Below are positions 42,539 to 51,990 of a stretch of DNA of 64,000 nt, in pieces; position 1 is the first letter of the stretch; every line of letters begins with the position of its first letter. The stretch is from Bacilli bacterium. Its GTDB lineage: Bacteria > Bacillota_I > Bacilli_A > RFN20 > CAG-826. Position numbers and translations under genes: made by a program. The stretch lies in contig JAFSUM010000012.1 of the NCBI GenBank assembly GCA_017445245.1, positions 10,067-74,066 of the forward strand. Direction: 5' to 3'. The notes under the pieces are model-generated. The model saw only the letters and a list, made by a program, of their open reading frames with translations. It searched no databases and was not told where the DNA came from.

Positions 42539-43363
42539 TCAGTCCTCGTTCTCCATATCGCGAGACGGACTCATATAATCGGCGAGGCGGTCCGAGAAAT
42601 CGCGAGGGCTGATATGTTCGATATTGCCTTGGTGCGTGATGGAAATGCGACCCGTTTCTTCCGAAACCACAATCGTTACGCAATCATAGTGTTCCGAAAT
42701 GCCGATGGCGGCGCGGTGACGAAGACCATATTTGCCATCCATCGGACGGATCGTCGGCTGGAAGGCGACCGCCGCGGCTACGATAGTGCCGTTGCGGATA
42801 ATGACCGCACCATCGTGGAGACGAGTGCCCTTATAGAAAATGGTCTGAAGCAATTCGGTACTGACCGGAGCGTTTAGGATCGTGCCGTTATGGCATACGT
42901 CGGTCAAATCGTTCTTCTTTTCCATCGTGATGATGGCACCGATCTTTTGTTCGGACATCCAAAGAACGGCCGCGGTGATTTTCGCGTTGACCTCTTCGCG
43001 GTCAAACAAGACCTCGGGAACGATTTTCTTGCGGCGGAAGACGGATCTAGAAGCCGCACGTCCCACCATGTTATTGGCCACCAGCTCACGGGAATCGTTG
43101 CGATTGGCGATAAAGAAGAAGACGATAGCGGACAGCGTGCAAATGCCAAGGGCAATCAAGGGCAACGTAAGCCCGAAGAGCCAGCACATGACCATGCCCA
43201 CTTCGAGCAGGATCAGGAATAGGCGCGGCAAGACGCGGCGGAAAACGGTAAAGAGGAAAACGTCGAACAAGGCGAGAATGATGAGGGCGACGAGCAAGCC
43301 AGCCCAGTTCTCGGCTAAGTCGAGATGGAACGCGGGGGAACCTTTGAAATCTAAAATAAGCAT
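42539..43363 (-). CDS. cdaA: Diadenylate cyclase CdaA
   Basis: 274 aa. Three N-terminal TM helices, then DAC domain motifs GAIITME, LHDGAVII and RHRAAIGISE. Confidence 0.9.
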   Translation of the reverse strand: MLILDFKGSPAFHLDLAENWAGLLVALIILALFDVFLFTVFRRVLPRLFLILLEVGMVMCWLFGLTLPLIALGICTLSAIVFFFIANRNDSRELVANNMVGRAASRSVFRRKKIVPEVLFDREEVNAKITAAVLWMSEQKIGAIITMEKKNDLTDVCHNGTILNAPVSTELLQTIFYKGTRLHDGAVIIRNGTIVAAAVAFQPTIRPMDGKYGLRHRAAIGISEHYDCVTIVVSEETGRISITHQGNIEHISPRDFSDRLADYMSPSRDMENED

Positions 43364-43616
43364 AAAACCTTCCTTGAAGTCCCTAATATGATAGACACCT
43401 ATATTTGCTAAAGCAAAGGAAGATTGGCTATAGACGGCAAAATCTTTGATTTTTTCCTTTCTCCAAAAAGGCGCGAAAACGAATGGCTCCAGAGAAAGAA
43501 AGAATCTCTATTCTCCTAAAAAGAACGCAAAAACAAACTATTTCCATGCAAAACCCGTATTCTTTTATTCTCGTGACCACAATACAGCTGCCCTTCAAAC
43601 CGTTCATCCAAACTAG

Positions 43617-43649
43617 AAATAAAAAGACACCCCACGTTAGCGGGATGTC
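43617..43649 (-). terminator. Rho-independent terminator after tRNA-Gly(CCC)
   Basis: Minus strand reads GACATCCC-GCTAACGT-GGGGTGTC followed by TTTTTATTT. Confidence 0.55.
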
Positions 43650-43660
43650 ATTATTCCGTT

Positions 43661-43734
43661 TGGAGCGCCCTGCGGGAATCGAACCCGTATAACCAGCTTG
43701 GGAAGCTGGTGTTCTACCACTGAACTAAGGACGC
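43661..43734 (-). tRNA. trnG: tRNA-Gly (anticodon CCC)
   Basis: Reverse complement is GCGTCCTTAGTTCAGTGGTAGAACACCAGCTTCCCAAGCTGG..GGGTTCGATTCCCGCAGGGCGCTCCA. There is one A-C mismatch at the top of the T stem. Confidence 0.8.
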
Positions 43735-43781
43735 GCGGAGACAGGCCATACTTTAGCCTGTCGCATCTTTGGTGTCTAGCC

Positions 43782-44585
43782 TTAACTGCGTTTGACGCGA
43801 ACGGTCGCATGCTTACGGGCCGCGAGGCCTTTTGCATAGGCGAGAGCCTCTTCACGCGTGTCGAAGATCTTCACAGCCGTATCGGAGCCAGGGATACGAA
43901 CCCTCCATTTACGGATCTCGTCACGGTCGGCGACATGGTAGACGGAAGCGATTTCGCTGCGCGGATCGTCCTTAGCGATTTCTTCGGGCGGGAGCTCGGT
44001 GACGTGCTCGTAAGGAAGGGGTTCTTCTTTGGGCTCTTCGGCCACGGGTTCTTCCGGTTTGGCTTCGGAAGCTTCCTCAACCACTGCCGCTTCGGCGGGC
44101 GCGGTTTCAGGAAGAGCGGCGGGCTCTCCGCCTTCCTTGGCAGGGAGAATTTCAGCCTTGGTTTCTTCCTTCGAGGCCAGATCGATTTCGGCGTTAATCG
44201 CCTTCTCGGTCTTATTCAACGTATGGAAGAACTTGCATAGGGCGACAATCGGGCAGACGATCGTCCAGCAGAGGAAGAAGAACATCCAGAAGAAGAACGC
44301 ACCGCTGACATGGGGATGGAACACTTTGTGTTCGACGGCGGCTCTTCCAATCTTTCCAGCCACGCGGCACATCCAAACAATGGGGACGATGCCAAGCGTG
44401 ATAAAGCCTAGCAAAAAGGCTCCGAAGAAGAGCATCGAGCGGCGATACCCCTCTTTGCCTTCGTTCATCTGGTTGACTTCTTTGCCGACGTGGCAGAGAA
44501 CGACGATCGGGTAGATGCATAGGGTGAAAGGCGTCAAAAGCAAAAACAGAATGACGGAACGACGAGTATGACGAAATTTCTTCAT
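43782..44585 (-). CDS. Membrane protein with three repeated TM motifs (DUF4234-like) and C-terminal DUF2188-like domain
   Basis: ATG at 44585 with AGAGG upstream (the track start at 44615 is TTG). Repeats are LCIYPIVVLCH, LGIVPIVWMCR and IVCPIVALCK. The C-terminus reads YHV..W.V.I.G...A..IF.T.EEALAYAK. Confidence 0.55.
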   Translation of the reverse strand: MKKFRHTRRSVILFLLLTPFTLCIYPIVVLCHVGKEVNQMNEGKEGYRRSMLFFGAFLLGFITLGIVPIVWMCRVAGKIGRAAVEHKVFHPHVSGAFFFWMFFFLCWTIVCPIVALCKFFHTLNKTEKAINAEIDLASKEETKAEILPAKEGGEPAALPETAPAEAAVVEEASEAKPEEPVAEEPKEEPLPYEHVTELPPEEIAKDDPRSEIASVYHVADRDEIRKWRVRIPGSDTAVKIFDTREEALAYAKGLAARKHATVRVKRS

Positions 44586-44667
44586 AGAAAAACCTCTTGC
44601 AAACATTCTATCCAATCATAAGGAAAGGTAAAGAAAAAACCACCGCAGCGGTGGTTATTCTCAAGCA

Positions 44668-44743
44668 TGGTGGGTGCTACAGGGATCGAACCTGTGACCT
44701 CCTGTACGTCAAACAGGTGCTCTCCCAGCTGAGCTAAACACCC
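44668..44743 (-). tRNA. trnV: tRNA-Val (anticodon GAC)
   Basis: Reverse complement is GGGTGTTTAGCTCAGCTGGGAGAGCACCTGTTTGACGTACAGG..GGTTCGATCCCTGTAGCACCCACCA. Confidence 0.9.
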
Positions 44744-44861
44744 ATGCTTTGACGTTTTCCCTTTCGGGCTCGCCTATTATAGGCAGGACATTTTCTACAT
44801 TCAATAAGGAATTTTCGAATTTCGAGAAAGCAAAACCCCGGTCGCCCGGGGTAATTTGCAA

Positions 44862-44937
44862 CTGGTGCCGACTAAGGGACTCGGACCCCCGACCTCTCGC
44901 TTACGAAGCGACTGCTCTACCAGCTGAGCTAAGTCGG
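44862..44937 (-). tRNA. trnT: tRNA-Thr (anticodon CGU)
   Basis: Reverse complement is GCCGACTTAGCTCAGCTGGTAGAGCAGTCGCTTCGTAAGCGAG..GGGTCCGAGTCCCTTAGTCGGCACCA. Confidence 0.85.
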
Positions 44938-44986
44938 CGCGAGAAATAATATATACATCGGCGGGAAAGTCCGCAAGGAAATCCGC

Positions 44987-47719
44987 TTATTTCGCTTTTA
45001 CTTTCCTCTTAATAAAGAGGATGAAGACCGCGATTTCGTGCACGATCAACGGAGTGAGGGCAAGCAAGAACACCCAAAGGTAATCGATCGGATGGTCGGA
45101 GAGTTGGTGGACGGAGAAGACATCGCGCACCCCCGGAGTCTCGATAACGAAGAACTGGAGGCCAAAGCCGATGATAAGAGAAATCCATAAGAGCAGGTTC
45201 TTGTCGCCAAAGACACGGACGAACGAGCGCTTCACGTCGACCATGCCGAGCATATGGAAGAGTTCGGAGAAGGCGAGCACGCAGAAGGCCATCGATTGGG
45301 CCTCGGCGAGGACGCCTTTGTTCGCCTCGGCGTTCAAGAAGGTAATCAAATCACTTAAAGAGGCGCCAGGGCCAACCGCTTGAATCGGCACGATCAAGAA
45401 AGCGATAAGCGTTACCAAACCAATCAAAACGCCATAGCCGAACGTAACCGCGTATCCGCCGTGAGCGAAGAGAGATTCCTTGGGGTCGCGCGGCTGATCG
45501 TTCATGATGTCGCGCGGTTTGCGGTCCGCGCCCAAAGCGACGGCCGGAAGCGAGTCGGTAATAAGATTGACCCAGAGCAAGTGAATCGCGATCAACGGAG
45601 AAGGCAAGCCGATGACGGCGGCCAAAAGCATCGCGACCACTTCGCCGATATTGGAAGATAGGAGGAAGAGGATGGTCTTTTTGATGTTGGCGTAGATTCC
45701 CCTGCCCTCTTCGACCGCCTTTTCGATGGAGGCGAAGTTATCGTCGGCGAGGACCATGTCGGCCGCGCCTTTGGCGACGTCGGTGCCGGTGATACCCATG
45801 GCGATGCCGATGTCGGCGGCTTTTAGCGACGGCGCGTCGTTGACGCCATCGCCGGTCATCGCGGCGATGTGGCCGTTGGCCTTAATCGCCTTGACGATAG
45901 AGACTTTGTTTTGTGGCGAAACGCGGGCAAAAACGCGCACAACCTTGACCTTTTCTTGCAATTCCTCGTCGGAACAGGCGTCGATTTCATCACCTGACAT
46001 AACTTCGTTCAAAGAGGAAGCGATGCCGAGTTCCTTCGCGATTGCAAAGGCCGTATCGCGGTGATCGCCCGTAATCATGACGGTCGTGATCCCCGCCTTC
46101 TTAAGTGTGGCAACCGCGGGCTTAGCGGCGGGACGCGGCGGGTCGACCATGCCGACCAAACCGACAAAGGTCAGATTCTCTTCGACGATCTGATCTTGAT
46201 GGGAAACGGCGAGAGCGAGGACGCGGAGAGCGCGTTTGGCCATATCCGCGGCGACAGAGCGAATCGCATCGAGATCCTTTTCTTCGATCGGGCGCGCTTT
46301 GCCTCCATCGAGAATATGAGTGGCATGCTTTAAGATTTGGTCCATCGCGCCTTTGGTATAGACGATGCGTTTGCCGTTTTCCTCGTGGGCGGTCGACATC
46401 ATCTTGCGGACGGAATCAAAGGGCAATTCATCCACGCGAGGCGACGCAGCTTCGAGTTCGCCTTTTGGCATATCGAGGCGATTGGCGAATTCGACGAGCG
46501 CGACTTCGGTGGGATCGCCATAAGTCCCCCCATCGACTTTGGCATCGGAACATAGAGACATGCCTTTGGCCAAAAGAAGCAAACCATTCTTATCGAAAGC
46601 GTCTTTTTCGTAAGTTTTACCGTCGCAATAAGCAGAGACGACAGTCATCTTGTTTTGGGTTAAGGTACCGGTTTTATCCGAGCAGATATAGGAAACCGCA
46701 CCAAGTGTTTCGACCGAGGCCAGACGGCGAACGATCGTGTTGACCTTGACCATCTTCGTCATGCCCATCGCCAAGACGATGGTGACGACGGCAGTCAAGC
46801 CTTCGGGAATCGCCGCGACGGCCAAAGCGACCGAATCGAGCAACGCCTGGCTCCAAGCCGTGGCTATATTGGTTTGGACAAGAGCCCAAATGATCTTGAC
46901 CAAAAGCATCACAACGACGATGCCAATGGTCAGGAACCCAAGGAATTTGGATAGGCCCGCGAGTTTCTTTTGTAACGGGGTCAATTCTTCTTCTCCGCCC
47001 GAAAGCATCGAGGCGATCTTGCCGATTTCGGTATTCATGCCCGTCGCGATGACGACGCCTTCCCCGCGACCATAGACGATCGGGGTGGACATATAGACCT
47101 CGTTGATACGGTCGCCGACGCCCACTTCTTCAGTGAAAACCATCTCGGCATCTTTTTCGGCCGGGACGGATTCGCCCGTAAGAGAAGCTTCGTCCGCTTT
47201 CATCGCGACCGATTTGATCAAACGTAAATCCGCGGGGACCGTGCGTCCTTCTTCGAGGATGACGATATCGCCGACAACCAACTGTTCCGCTCGGATTTCG
47301 ACGATTTTCCCGTCGCGTCGTACCGTCGCGGTCGGAGCCGACATATCGCGTAATGCTTCCAAGGCTTTTTCGGCGCGCATCTCTTGAACGGTGCCGATGA
47401 TCGCGTTGAGAATGACGACGCCGAAGATGATGACGACATCGATCAACTCCTTCCATTCTTCGCCAGGAGTAACATGGCCTTGGGCAATATTGATGATGCC
47501 GAGGATCAGCGAAATAATCGCCGCCGCGGCCAGAATCGCCGTCATCGGGTCTTTGATATTGCCCCAAAAGATTTTGTACCAGGGATCGCGTCCCTTCTCC
47601 GCTAGTTTGTTCGGGCCGTCTTTGGCCAAACGCTCGTCGACTTGAGCTTGGCTTAGGCCGACTTCAGGTGAAACACCGAGGGAATCGAGAACTTCCCCTT
47701 TCGTTTTGTTTTCGTACAT
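44987..47719 (-). CDS. P-type cation-transporting ATPase (Ca2+-ATPase-like, P2 type)
   Basis: 910 aa. TGES, phosphorylation site CSDKTGTLT, MITGDH and TGDGVNDAPSLK. Confidence 0.9.
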   Translation of the reverse strand: MYENKTKGEVLDSLGVSPEVGLSQAQVDERLAKDGPNKLAEKGRDPWYKIFWGNIKDPMTAILAAAAIISLILGIINIAQGHVTPGEEWKELIDVVIIFGVVILNAIIGTVQEMRAEKALEALRDMSAPTATVRRDGKIVEIRAEQLVVGDIVILEEGRTVPADLRLIKSVAMKADEASLTGESVPAEKDAEMVFTEEVGVGDRINEVYMSTPIVYGRGEGVVIATGMNTEIGKIASMLSGGEEELTPLQKKLAGLSKFLGFLTIGIVVVMLLVKIIWALVQTNIATAWSQALLDSVALAVAAIPEGLTAVVTIVLAMGMTKMVKVNTIVRRLASVETLGAVSYICSDKTGTLTQNKMTVVSAYCDGKTYEKDAFDKNGLLLLAKGMSLCSDAKVDGGTYGDPTEVALVEFANRLDMPKGELEAASPRVDELPFDSVRKMMSTAHEENGKRIVYTKGAMDQILKHATHILDGGKARPIEEKDLDAIRSVAADMAKRALRVLALAVSHQDQIVEENLTFVGLVGMVDPPRPAAKPAVATLKKAGITTVMITGDHRDTAFAIAKELGIASSLNEVMSGDEIDACSDEELQEKVKVVRVFARVSPQNKVSIVKAIKANGHIAAMTGDGVNDAPSLKAADIGIAMGITGTDVAKGAADMVLADDNFASIEKAVEEGRGIYANIKKTILFLLSSNIGEVVAMLLAAVIGLPSPLIAIHLLWVNLITDSLPAVALGADRKPRDIMNDQPRDPKESLFAHGGYAVTFGYGVLIGLVTLIAFLIVPIQAVGPGASLSDLITFLNAEANKGVLAEAQSMAFCVLAFSELFHMLGMVDVKRSFVRVFGDKNLLLWISLIIGFGLQFFVIETPGVRDVFSVHQLSDHPIDYLWVFLLALTPLIVHEIAVFILFIKRKVKAK

Positions 47720-47765
47720 AGTGATATCCTTAAATGTGTCGGTATTTTAATCCATATGCACGCAA

Positions 47766-48233
47766 ATGAGTAGGTGCTTGCTGGCGGGCAAGGGTAAAAT
47801 AGGCACCGTGATCAAACCGGTATTCAGCCATGGGCCAAGCAAAGACGCCATCGCGATTCGCGAAGAGGTTTTTTGTCACGAGCAGGGCTATCAAAACGAA
47901 TTCGACGACCTCGACAAAGAATCGATTTCGCTCGTCCTCTATCTCGATGAATATCCCATCGCGACCGGGCGGCTGGTCAAACTCGATCCTGCCCGTTATC
48001 AGGCTGGACGATTGGCGGTCCGGAAGGAATACCGTGGTAGGCAGGTTGGTTCCTATCTTCTTCGTTTCCTTTGCAAAAAGGCAAAAGAACTGGGGGCCAC
48101 AACCGTCATCGTCCATTCGCAGCTAGAGAAACGCGGTTTCTACCTGAAACTCGGTTTTCGGATTCTCGGCGATGGCGAAATCGATTTCGACGAGGGACAT
48201 CCTCACGTCTACATGATTCGCGACGCCTATTGA
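47766..48233 (+). CDS. GNAT family N-acetyltransferase
   Basis: 155 aa. IREEVFCHEQG and LAVRKEYRGRQVGSYLL. The exact start is uncertain. Confidence 0.7.
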   Translation: MSRCLLAGKGKIGTVIKPVFSHGPSKDAIAIREEVFCHEQGYQNEFDDLDKESISLVLYLDEYPIATGRLVKLDPARYQAGRLAVRKEYRGRQVGSYLLRFLCKKAKELGATTVIVHSQLEKRGFYLKLGFRILGDGEIDFDEGHPHVYMIRDAY

Positions 48234-48279
48234 GATTTCGGGCTTTTCATAGAAAACGTAACCCGTATAATCGGTAACG

Positions 48280-48894
48280 ATGGAACAAACGGCAGTAGAT
48301 AAACGTAACGTAAAATTGTACGTCTGCTTCGGCGGATGCCTGGCTTTGACGGTACTTTCGATCGTCTTGTTTTTGGCTAGGGGTCTCGACTCCAACCGTT
48401 TCTTCGACGGGGTCACTTGGACGATTGCCTGCCTCCCCATTTCGATGGCCGTCCCCCTCTATGTTTTCTTCGACTTCATTGACCATTCCTCGGACCCGAA
48501 GAAAGCCCAAAACTACTTCCCCATCGCCGAAGACGAGCATGAAAAGGCTTGCCGTTACGGGTTCCTCTATTCCGCCGTTGCCGTCATCTTCACTCTCATC
48601 TGCTTCTTTGCCTTTAATGGCAGCAAGAACATCACCGAAGCGAAGACCTGCATGATTTTCCTTGTGCCTTCGGCCCCGGCTTTGGCCATCTATTTGATTC
48701 CCACCATCATCGCCTTAAACAAAAAAGACCAGGATGGCCTTTCGTTTTTGATGTCGTTCTGCCTATTGGCAGTCATTGCCGCGACGGGTTTGATTATCTA
48801 TGGGATGCTTCAGGAACAAATGACCTATCTCGTCGCCTATATCGTCTTCCCGATCGTCGTCTTTATCCTCTTGTTTTATAACCGCGAGGACTAA
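48280..48894 (+). CDS. Hypothetical polytopic membrane protein
   Basis: 204 aa with about 6 TM helices. TATAAT (48266-48271) lies 8 nt upstream of the ATG and there is no SD. Confidence 0.5.
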   Translation: MEQTAVDKRNVKLYVCFGGCLALTVLSIVLFLARGLDSNRFFDGVTWTIACLPISMAVPLYVFFDFIDHSSDPKKAQNYFPIAEDEHEKACRYGFLYSAVAVIFTLICFFAFNGSKNITEAKTCMIFLVPSAPALAIYLIPTIIALNKKDQDGLSFLMSFCLLAVIAATGLIIYGMLQEQMTYLVAYIVFPIVVFILLFYNRED

Positions 48895-49424
48895 TTCTTT
48901 TTCACCGCCACGGCGATGCTCGTCCAAATCCACCAGATGAAGAGGACGGCAGGAATCGCCATCGTCAAAAGCAGATTCAAATTCATAAACGCCAGGGCGC
49001 TATAGTCGTCGAAGATACGCTTTTGGCTCGCGTAATAGTCGATGGTGAAACGCTCGACATAATTGGCCAACAAAAAGGCCCCGGCGATATAGCCAACGCC
49101 CAAGAGGACGAAGAGAACCATAATGGTCGGAACCATGACCCTGCGGTAACGCAATACGGGGAAAAACGCGGCAAAAACCGCATAAATTCCAATCAAACCC
49201 ACGCTGATTAAAGCGAGAAAGAAGAAGATTTTCACGAAATCGCTCGAATAGAGATAAGCCTTAAACAAACCGACTTGTCCGGCGCTGATCGGTTTACCGC
49301 CTTCCACGGCGACGAGATCATATTCGCCATCCCGAAAGCCTGGAATGAACATGGCGATGACCGTCCATAAGGGAATCAGTAAGAAGAGCAACGGACGCCA
49401 CTCGAATTTCGTTTTCTTATCCAT
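48891..49424 (-). CDS. Hypothetical membrane protein (last gene of helicase/NUDIX operon)
   Basis: The ATG at 49424 gives MDKKTKFEWRPLLFLLIPLW. About 4 to 5 TM helices. 8-nt overlap with the NUDIX gene. Confidence 0.5.
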   Translation of the reverse strand: MDKKTKFEWRPLLFLLIPLWTVIAMFIPGFRDGEYDLVAVEGGKPISAGQVGLFKAYLYSSDFVKIFFFLALISVGLIGIYAVFAAFFPVLRYRRVMVPTIMVLFVLLGVGYIAGAFLLANYVERFTIDYYASQKRIFDDYSALAFMNLNLLLTMAIPAVLFIWWIWTSIAVAVKKN

Positions 49425-50010
49425 GATGTTTCTCCAATAGACGCTCGACGAGAAGGCGGACATTTAGGGCGACCATATGTCCGCATGTCCCAAAATAGTC
49501 CTTCACCTTAGACAATTTGACCAAACGGTAACTGATATCTTCGTAATCCTCAAGATGGCGGATGCTCTGGGCGTCGATTCTGCCTTCCACTACCGCGACG
49601 AGTTCGTCGCTAAGACCGCTGCTAGTAGGCGAAGGAGGACATAATAAACGCACATCCTTAAGAACAAAGCCGGTCTCCTCAAGCGTCTCTCGCACCGCGG
49701 TATCAAGCGGGGAAGCATCGCCCTCCGTTAGTCCAGCCGGAAACTCAACCACATAATCGTTTAAAGCAGGACGGAAGACCTCGATGAGTAATAAAGAGGG
49801 GTCTTCTTCCTCCGTAAGGGCGCAGACGATTACCCCATCCGCGAGACCTTTTTTGGTCAGGGCTTGTAGGTCATCCTTCTCTCTTCTAGAAGCAAGGAAA
49901 TAAGGATAATCGGTAACTTTGCCCTCTTTTTCGACCTCGTAATGAAAAACGAAGAAATTCAAAAAGCGGTGATCTGTTTCCTTTTCGATTCGTCTTAACG
50001 TCCAGTCCAT
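49417..50010 (-). CDS. NUDIX hydrolase (ADP-ribose pyrophosphatase-like)
   Basis: 197 aa. EFPAGLTEGDASPLDTAVRETLEETGF is a Nudix box of the NudF type. Confidence 0.75.
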   Translation of the reverse strand: MDWTLRRIEKETDHRFLNFFVFHYEVEKEGKVTDYPYFLASRREKDDLQALTKKGLADGVIVCALTEEEDPSLLLIEVFRPALNDYVVEFPAGLTEGDASPLDTAVRETLEETGFVLKDVRLLCPPSPTSSGLSDELVAVVEGRIDAQSIRHLEDYEDISYRLVKLSKVKDYFGTCGHMVALNVRLLVERLLEKHHG

Positions 50011-50630
50011 TAGTTTACCTTTTTCGCGAGGTCTGCTTTGCGGCTTTCCAGTGCGTCCGAAATGGAAGAAAGCTGCTTGCCTAAGGCTTCTTTGAATTCT
50101 TCGGGCGAGCCGTGGCTTGCTGCCAAGGATTCCCTTTGGGAATGGTAGGCCGTCTTCGTCTTTTCGTCCTCAAGGTTATAGCCGCGGTTTACGCCAGCTA
50201 CGACAAAACCAGAGAAGGTGAAAAGCGGGCCGAGGAACATCTCGGGTGGAAACTCGTCTTGTTTGGCGGCCAAGTTGAAAGCGGCGAGCATGATGGCCAA
50301 ATCGTAGATAGGAATTAGTTCAGGATGCTCAAGACTCTCCTTATCCCACTCAGGCCAAAGGACTTCCTTTGGCGTATAGGGAAGCAGGCGACGGACGCTG
50401 GCGACATCAAGAAAACTCGCCCAGGCCACGCGGAAAAATTCGCCACCGAGTTTGCGGTCGAGCAAAAACGTCGAAACGAAAATGCCTGGAACGGAAAGGT
50501 GATGCGGACGATCGAAAATATCTTTGTCCCAGTCGGAAAAAGCGCGCGTGAGCAGCCCCATCGCCGAGGCGAGGGTTTCCACCGCGGAGGGATCAATGTC
50601 GACAGTCTTCTTTTCGTCCATGGCGTCCAT
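50010..50630 (-). CDS. Hypothetical protein (helicase/NUDIX operon)
   Basis: 206-aa ORF with 1-nt overlaps at both ends. I recognise no family. Confidence 0.5.
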   Translation of the reverse strand: MDAMDEKKTVDIDPSAVETLASAMGLLTRAFSDWDKDIFDRPHHLSVPGIFVSTFLLDRKLGGEFFRVAWASFLDVASVRRLLPYTPKEVLWPEWDKESLEHPELIPIYDLAIMLAAFNLAAKQDEFPPEMFLGPLFTFSGFVVAGVNRGYNLEDEKTKTAYHSQRESLAASHGSPEEFKEALGKQLSSISDALESRKADLAKKVN

Positions 50631-51592
50631 TATATGCTTCTGCTCTTCTTTTTCGTTTTCTTTTTACGCTTCTTGGTTTTCTTCGGTGCATCGAAAAACG
50701 GCCCTTCGACGCTTTGAAGAAGGTCGCCATGGTAAAGGAGAGTAAACCTAAAAGGCTTCCCATTTGTTTCTAGATAAGGTAAGAAAGCCCGGTCGCCCTC
50801 CCACATGGGCAAATCGAGCATCTCTTCTTTTTTGACCCAGCGCAATTCGCCTTCGTCGCACTCTTTAAGATTTCCTTCAAAGGACTCTACGCGGTAAAGA
50901 TACATCCGCTCGGCCGGGCAAGCGTCGTTAAGGAAGTCACAGTATCCAAGGTAGCGGTGTTTTCTAACGTTCAGGCCCGTTTCCTCATAGACCTCGCGTT
51001 TCATGCAGGCTAGAGGTGATTCGCCGTTTTCGATATGACCCCCTACCCCAATCCATTTTCCTTCGTTTGGGTCATGCTGTTTTTTGGTGCGATGGAGGAG
51101 CAAATAGGAAGACCTGTCTTCGGATTCGACATAAACCAAAGTGGTACGACCTTCGATGAGAGAGCGCCTACGTTCCACTTCCTTCCGCTTTTCAATCGTC
51201 TCGAGAATCGACTTTTTTACGCCTTCGATATCCTTTTCGATTTGTTTGCCCCAAAAGCGCAACACCGTATAGCCCTGCTCTTGAAGTGTCTTGTTGACGA
51301 GTTCGTCCCTTGCGATGTTGCGGCGAATCTTCCCGATCCAAAAATCGCCATATTCGGCAAGGGAGGAAACGTTTTTCTCAAAGTGGTAGCCATGCCAGAA
51401 TTCGGAGTCGCAAAATATCGCGATTTTATAGGCGGGTAAACATAGATCAGGGTGCCCGAAAACATGGGGGCTATAAAGACGGTAACGAATCCCCTCCTCG
51501 GTGAGGGCCTTCCTCAGTTTTCTTTCGATGCCCGTATTCTTTCCGCGAATCGCGGACATGGTCTTGTGAATGAGTTCGGGCGAACGTTTCAT
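50630..51592 (-). CDS. Fusion protein: Vsr (very short patch repair) endonuclease domain plus MutT/8-oxo-dGTPase-like NUDIX domain, Lys-rich tail
   Basis: 320 aa. The N-terminus (MSAIRGKNTGIERKLR...GHPDL...IFCDSEFWHG...FW..KI..N..RD) matches E. coli Vsr motifs. The C-terminal Nudix box is GGHIENGESPLACMKREVYEETGL. The tail is KKTKKRKKKTKKKSRSI. Confidence 0.8.
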   Translation of the reverse strand: MKRSPELIHKTMSAIRGKNTGIERKLRKALTEEGIRYRLYSPHVFGHPDLCLPAYKIAIFCDSEFWHGYHFEKNVSSLAEYGDFWIGKIRRNIARDELVNKTLQEQGYTVLRFWGKQIEKDIEGVKKSILETIEKRKEVERRRSLIEGRTTLVYVESEDRSSYLLLHRTKKQHDPNEGKWIGVGGHIENGESPLACMKREVYEETGLNVRKHRYLGYCDFLNDACPAERMYLYRVESFEGNLKECDEGELRWVKKEEMLDLPMWEGDRAFLPYLETNGKPFRFTLLYHGDLLQSVEGPFFDAPKKTKKRKKKTKKKSRSI

Positions 51593-51990
51593 TTCTTGCC
51601 GCGACGGAGTTTGTCGTTACTCTCCTTGCTCCGCTTTTCGGCCGCAAGCAAAGCTTTTTCCGCTTTTTCGACCGCCTCGGTCGTCTCTTCTAGCGAAGTC
51701 TGAAGACCTTGGATATCGAGTTTTTCTAGACGATGCGAGGTCGCGTCGAGCGTGCCTTGGAGCTCGTCAAAACGGTGGATGGCATTATTGAGATCGGTGA
51801 TTAACGTCTCAAGAGCCCCAATCCGATTTTCAAGTTCCCGCACCAAGGTGAAAAGGTCGTCGATTTGGGAACCGAGGTTCTCGGCTTTCGCTCCAAGTTT
51901 TTCCTCGGCGTCGGCGATGATGCCAAGCTTCTCTTCCAACCCGCCTAGGGTCGAAAGGGTCTTTTCGAGATTTTCTACTGTCTTATCCAT
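51589..51990 (-). CDS. Coiled-coil protein (helicase/NUDIX operon)
   Basis: 133 aa with heptad-like Leu/Glu-rich sequence throughout. ATGA overlap downstream and 8-nt overlap upstream. Confidence 0.55.
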   Translation of the reverse strand: MDKTVENLEKTLSTLGGLEEKLGIIADAEEKLGAKAENLGSQIDDLFTLVRELENRIGALETLITDLNNAIHRFDELQGTLDATSHRLEKLDIQGLQTSLEETTEAVEKAEKALLAAEKRSKESNDKLRRGKK

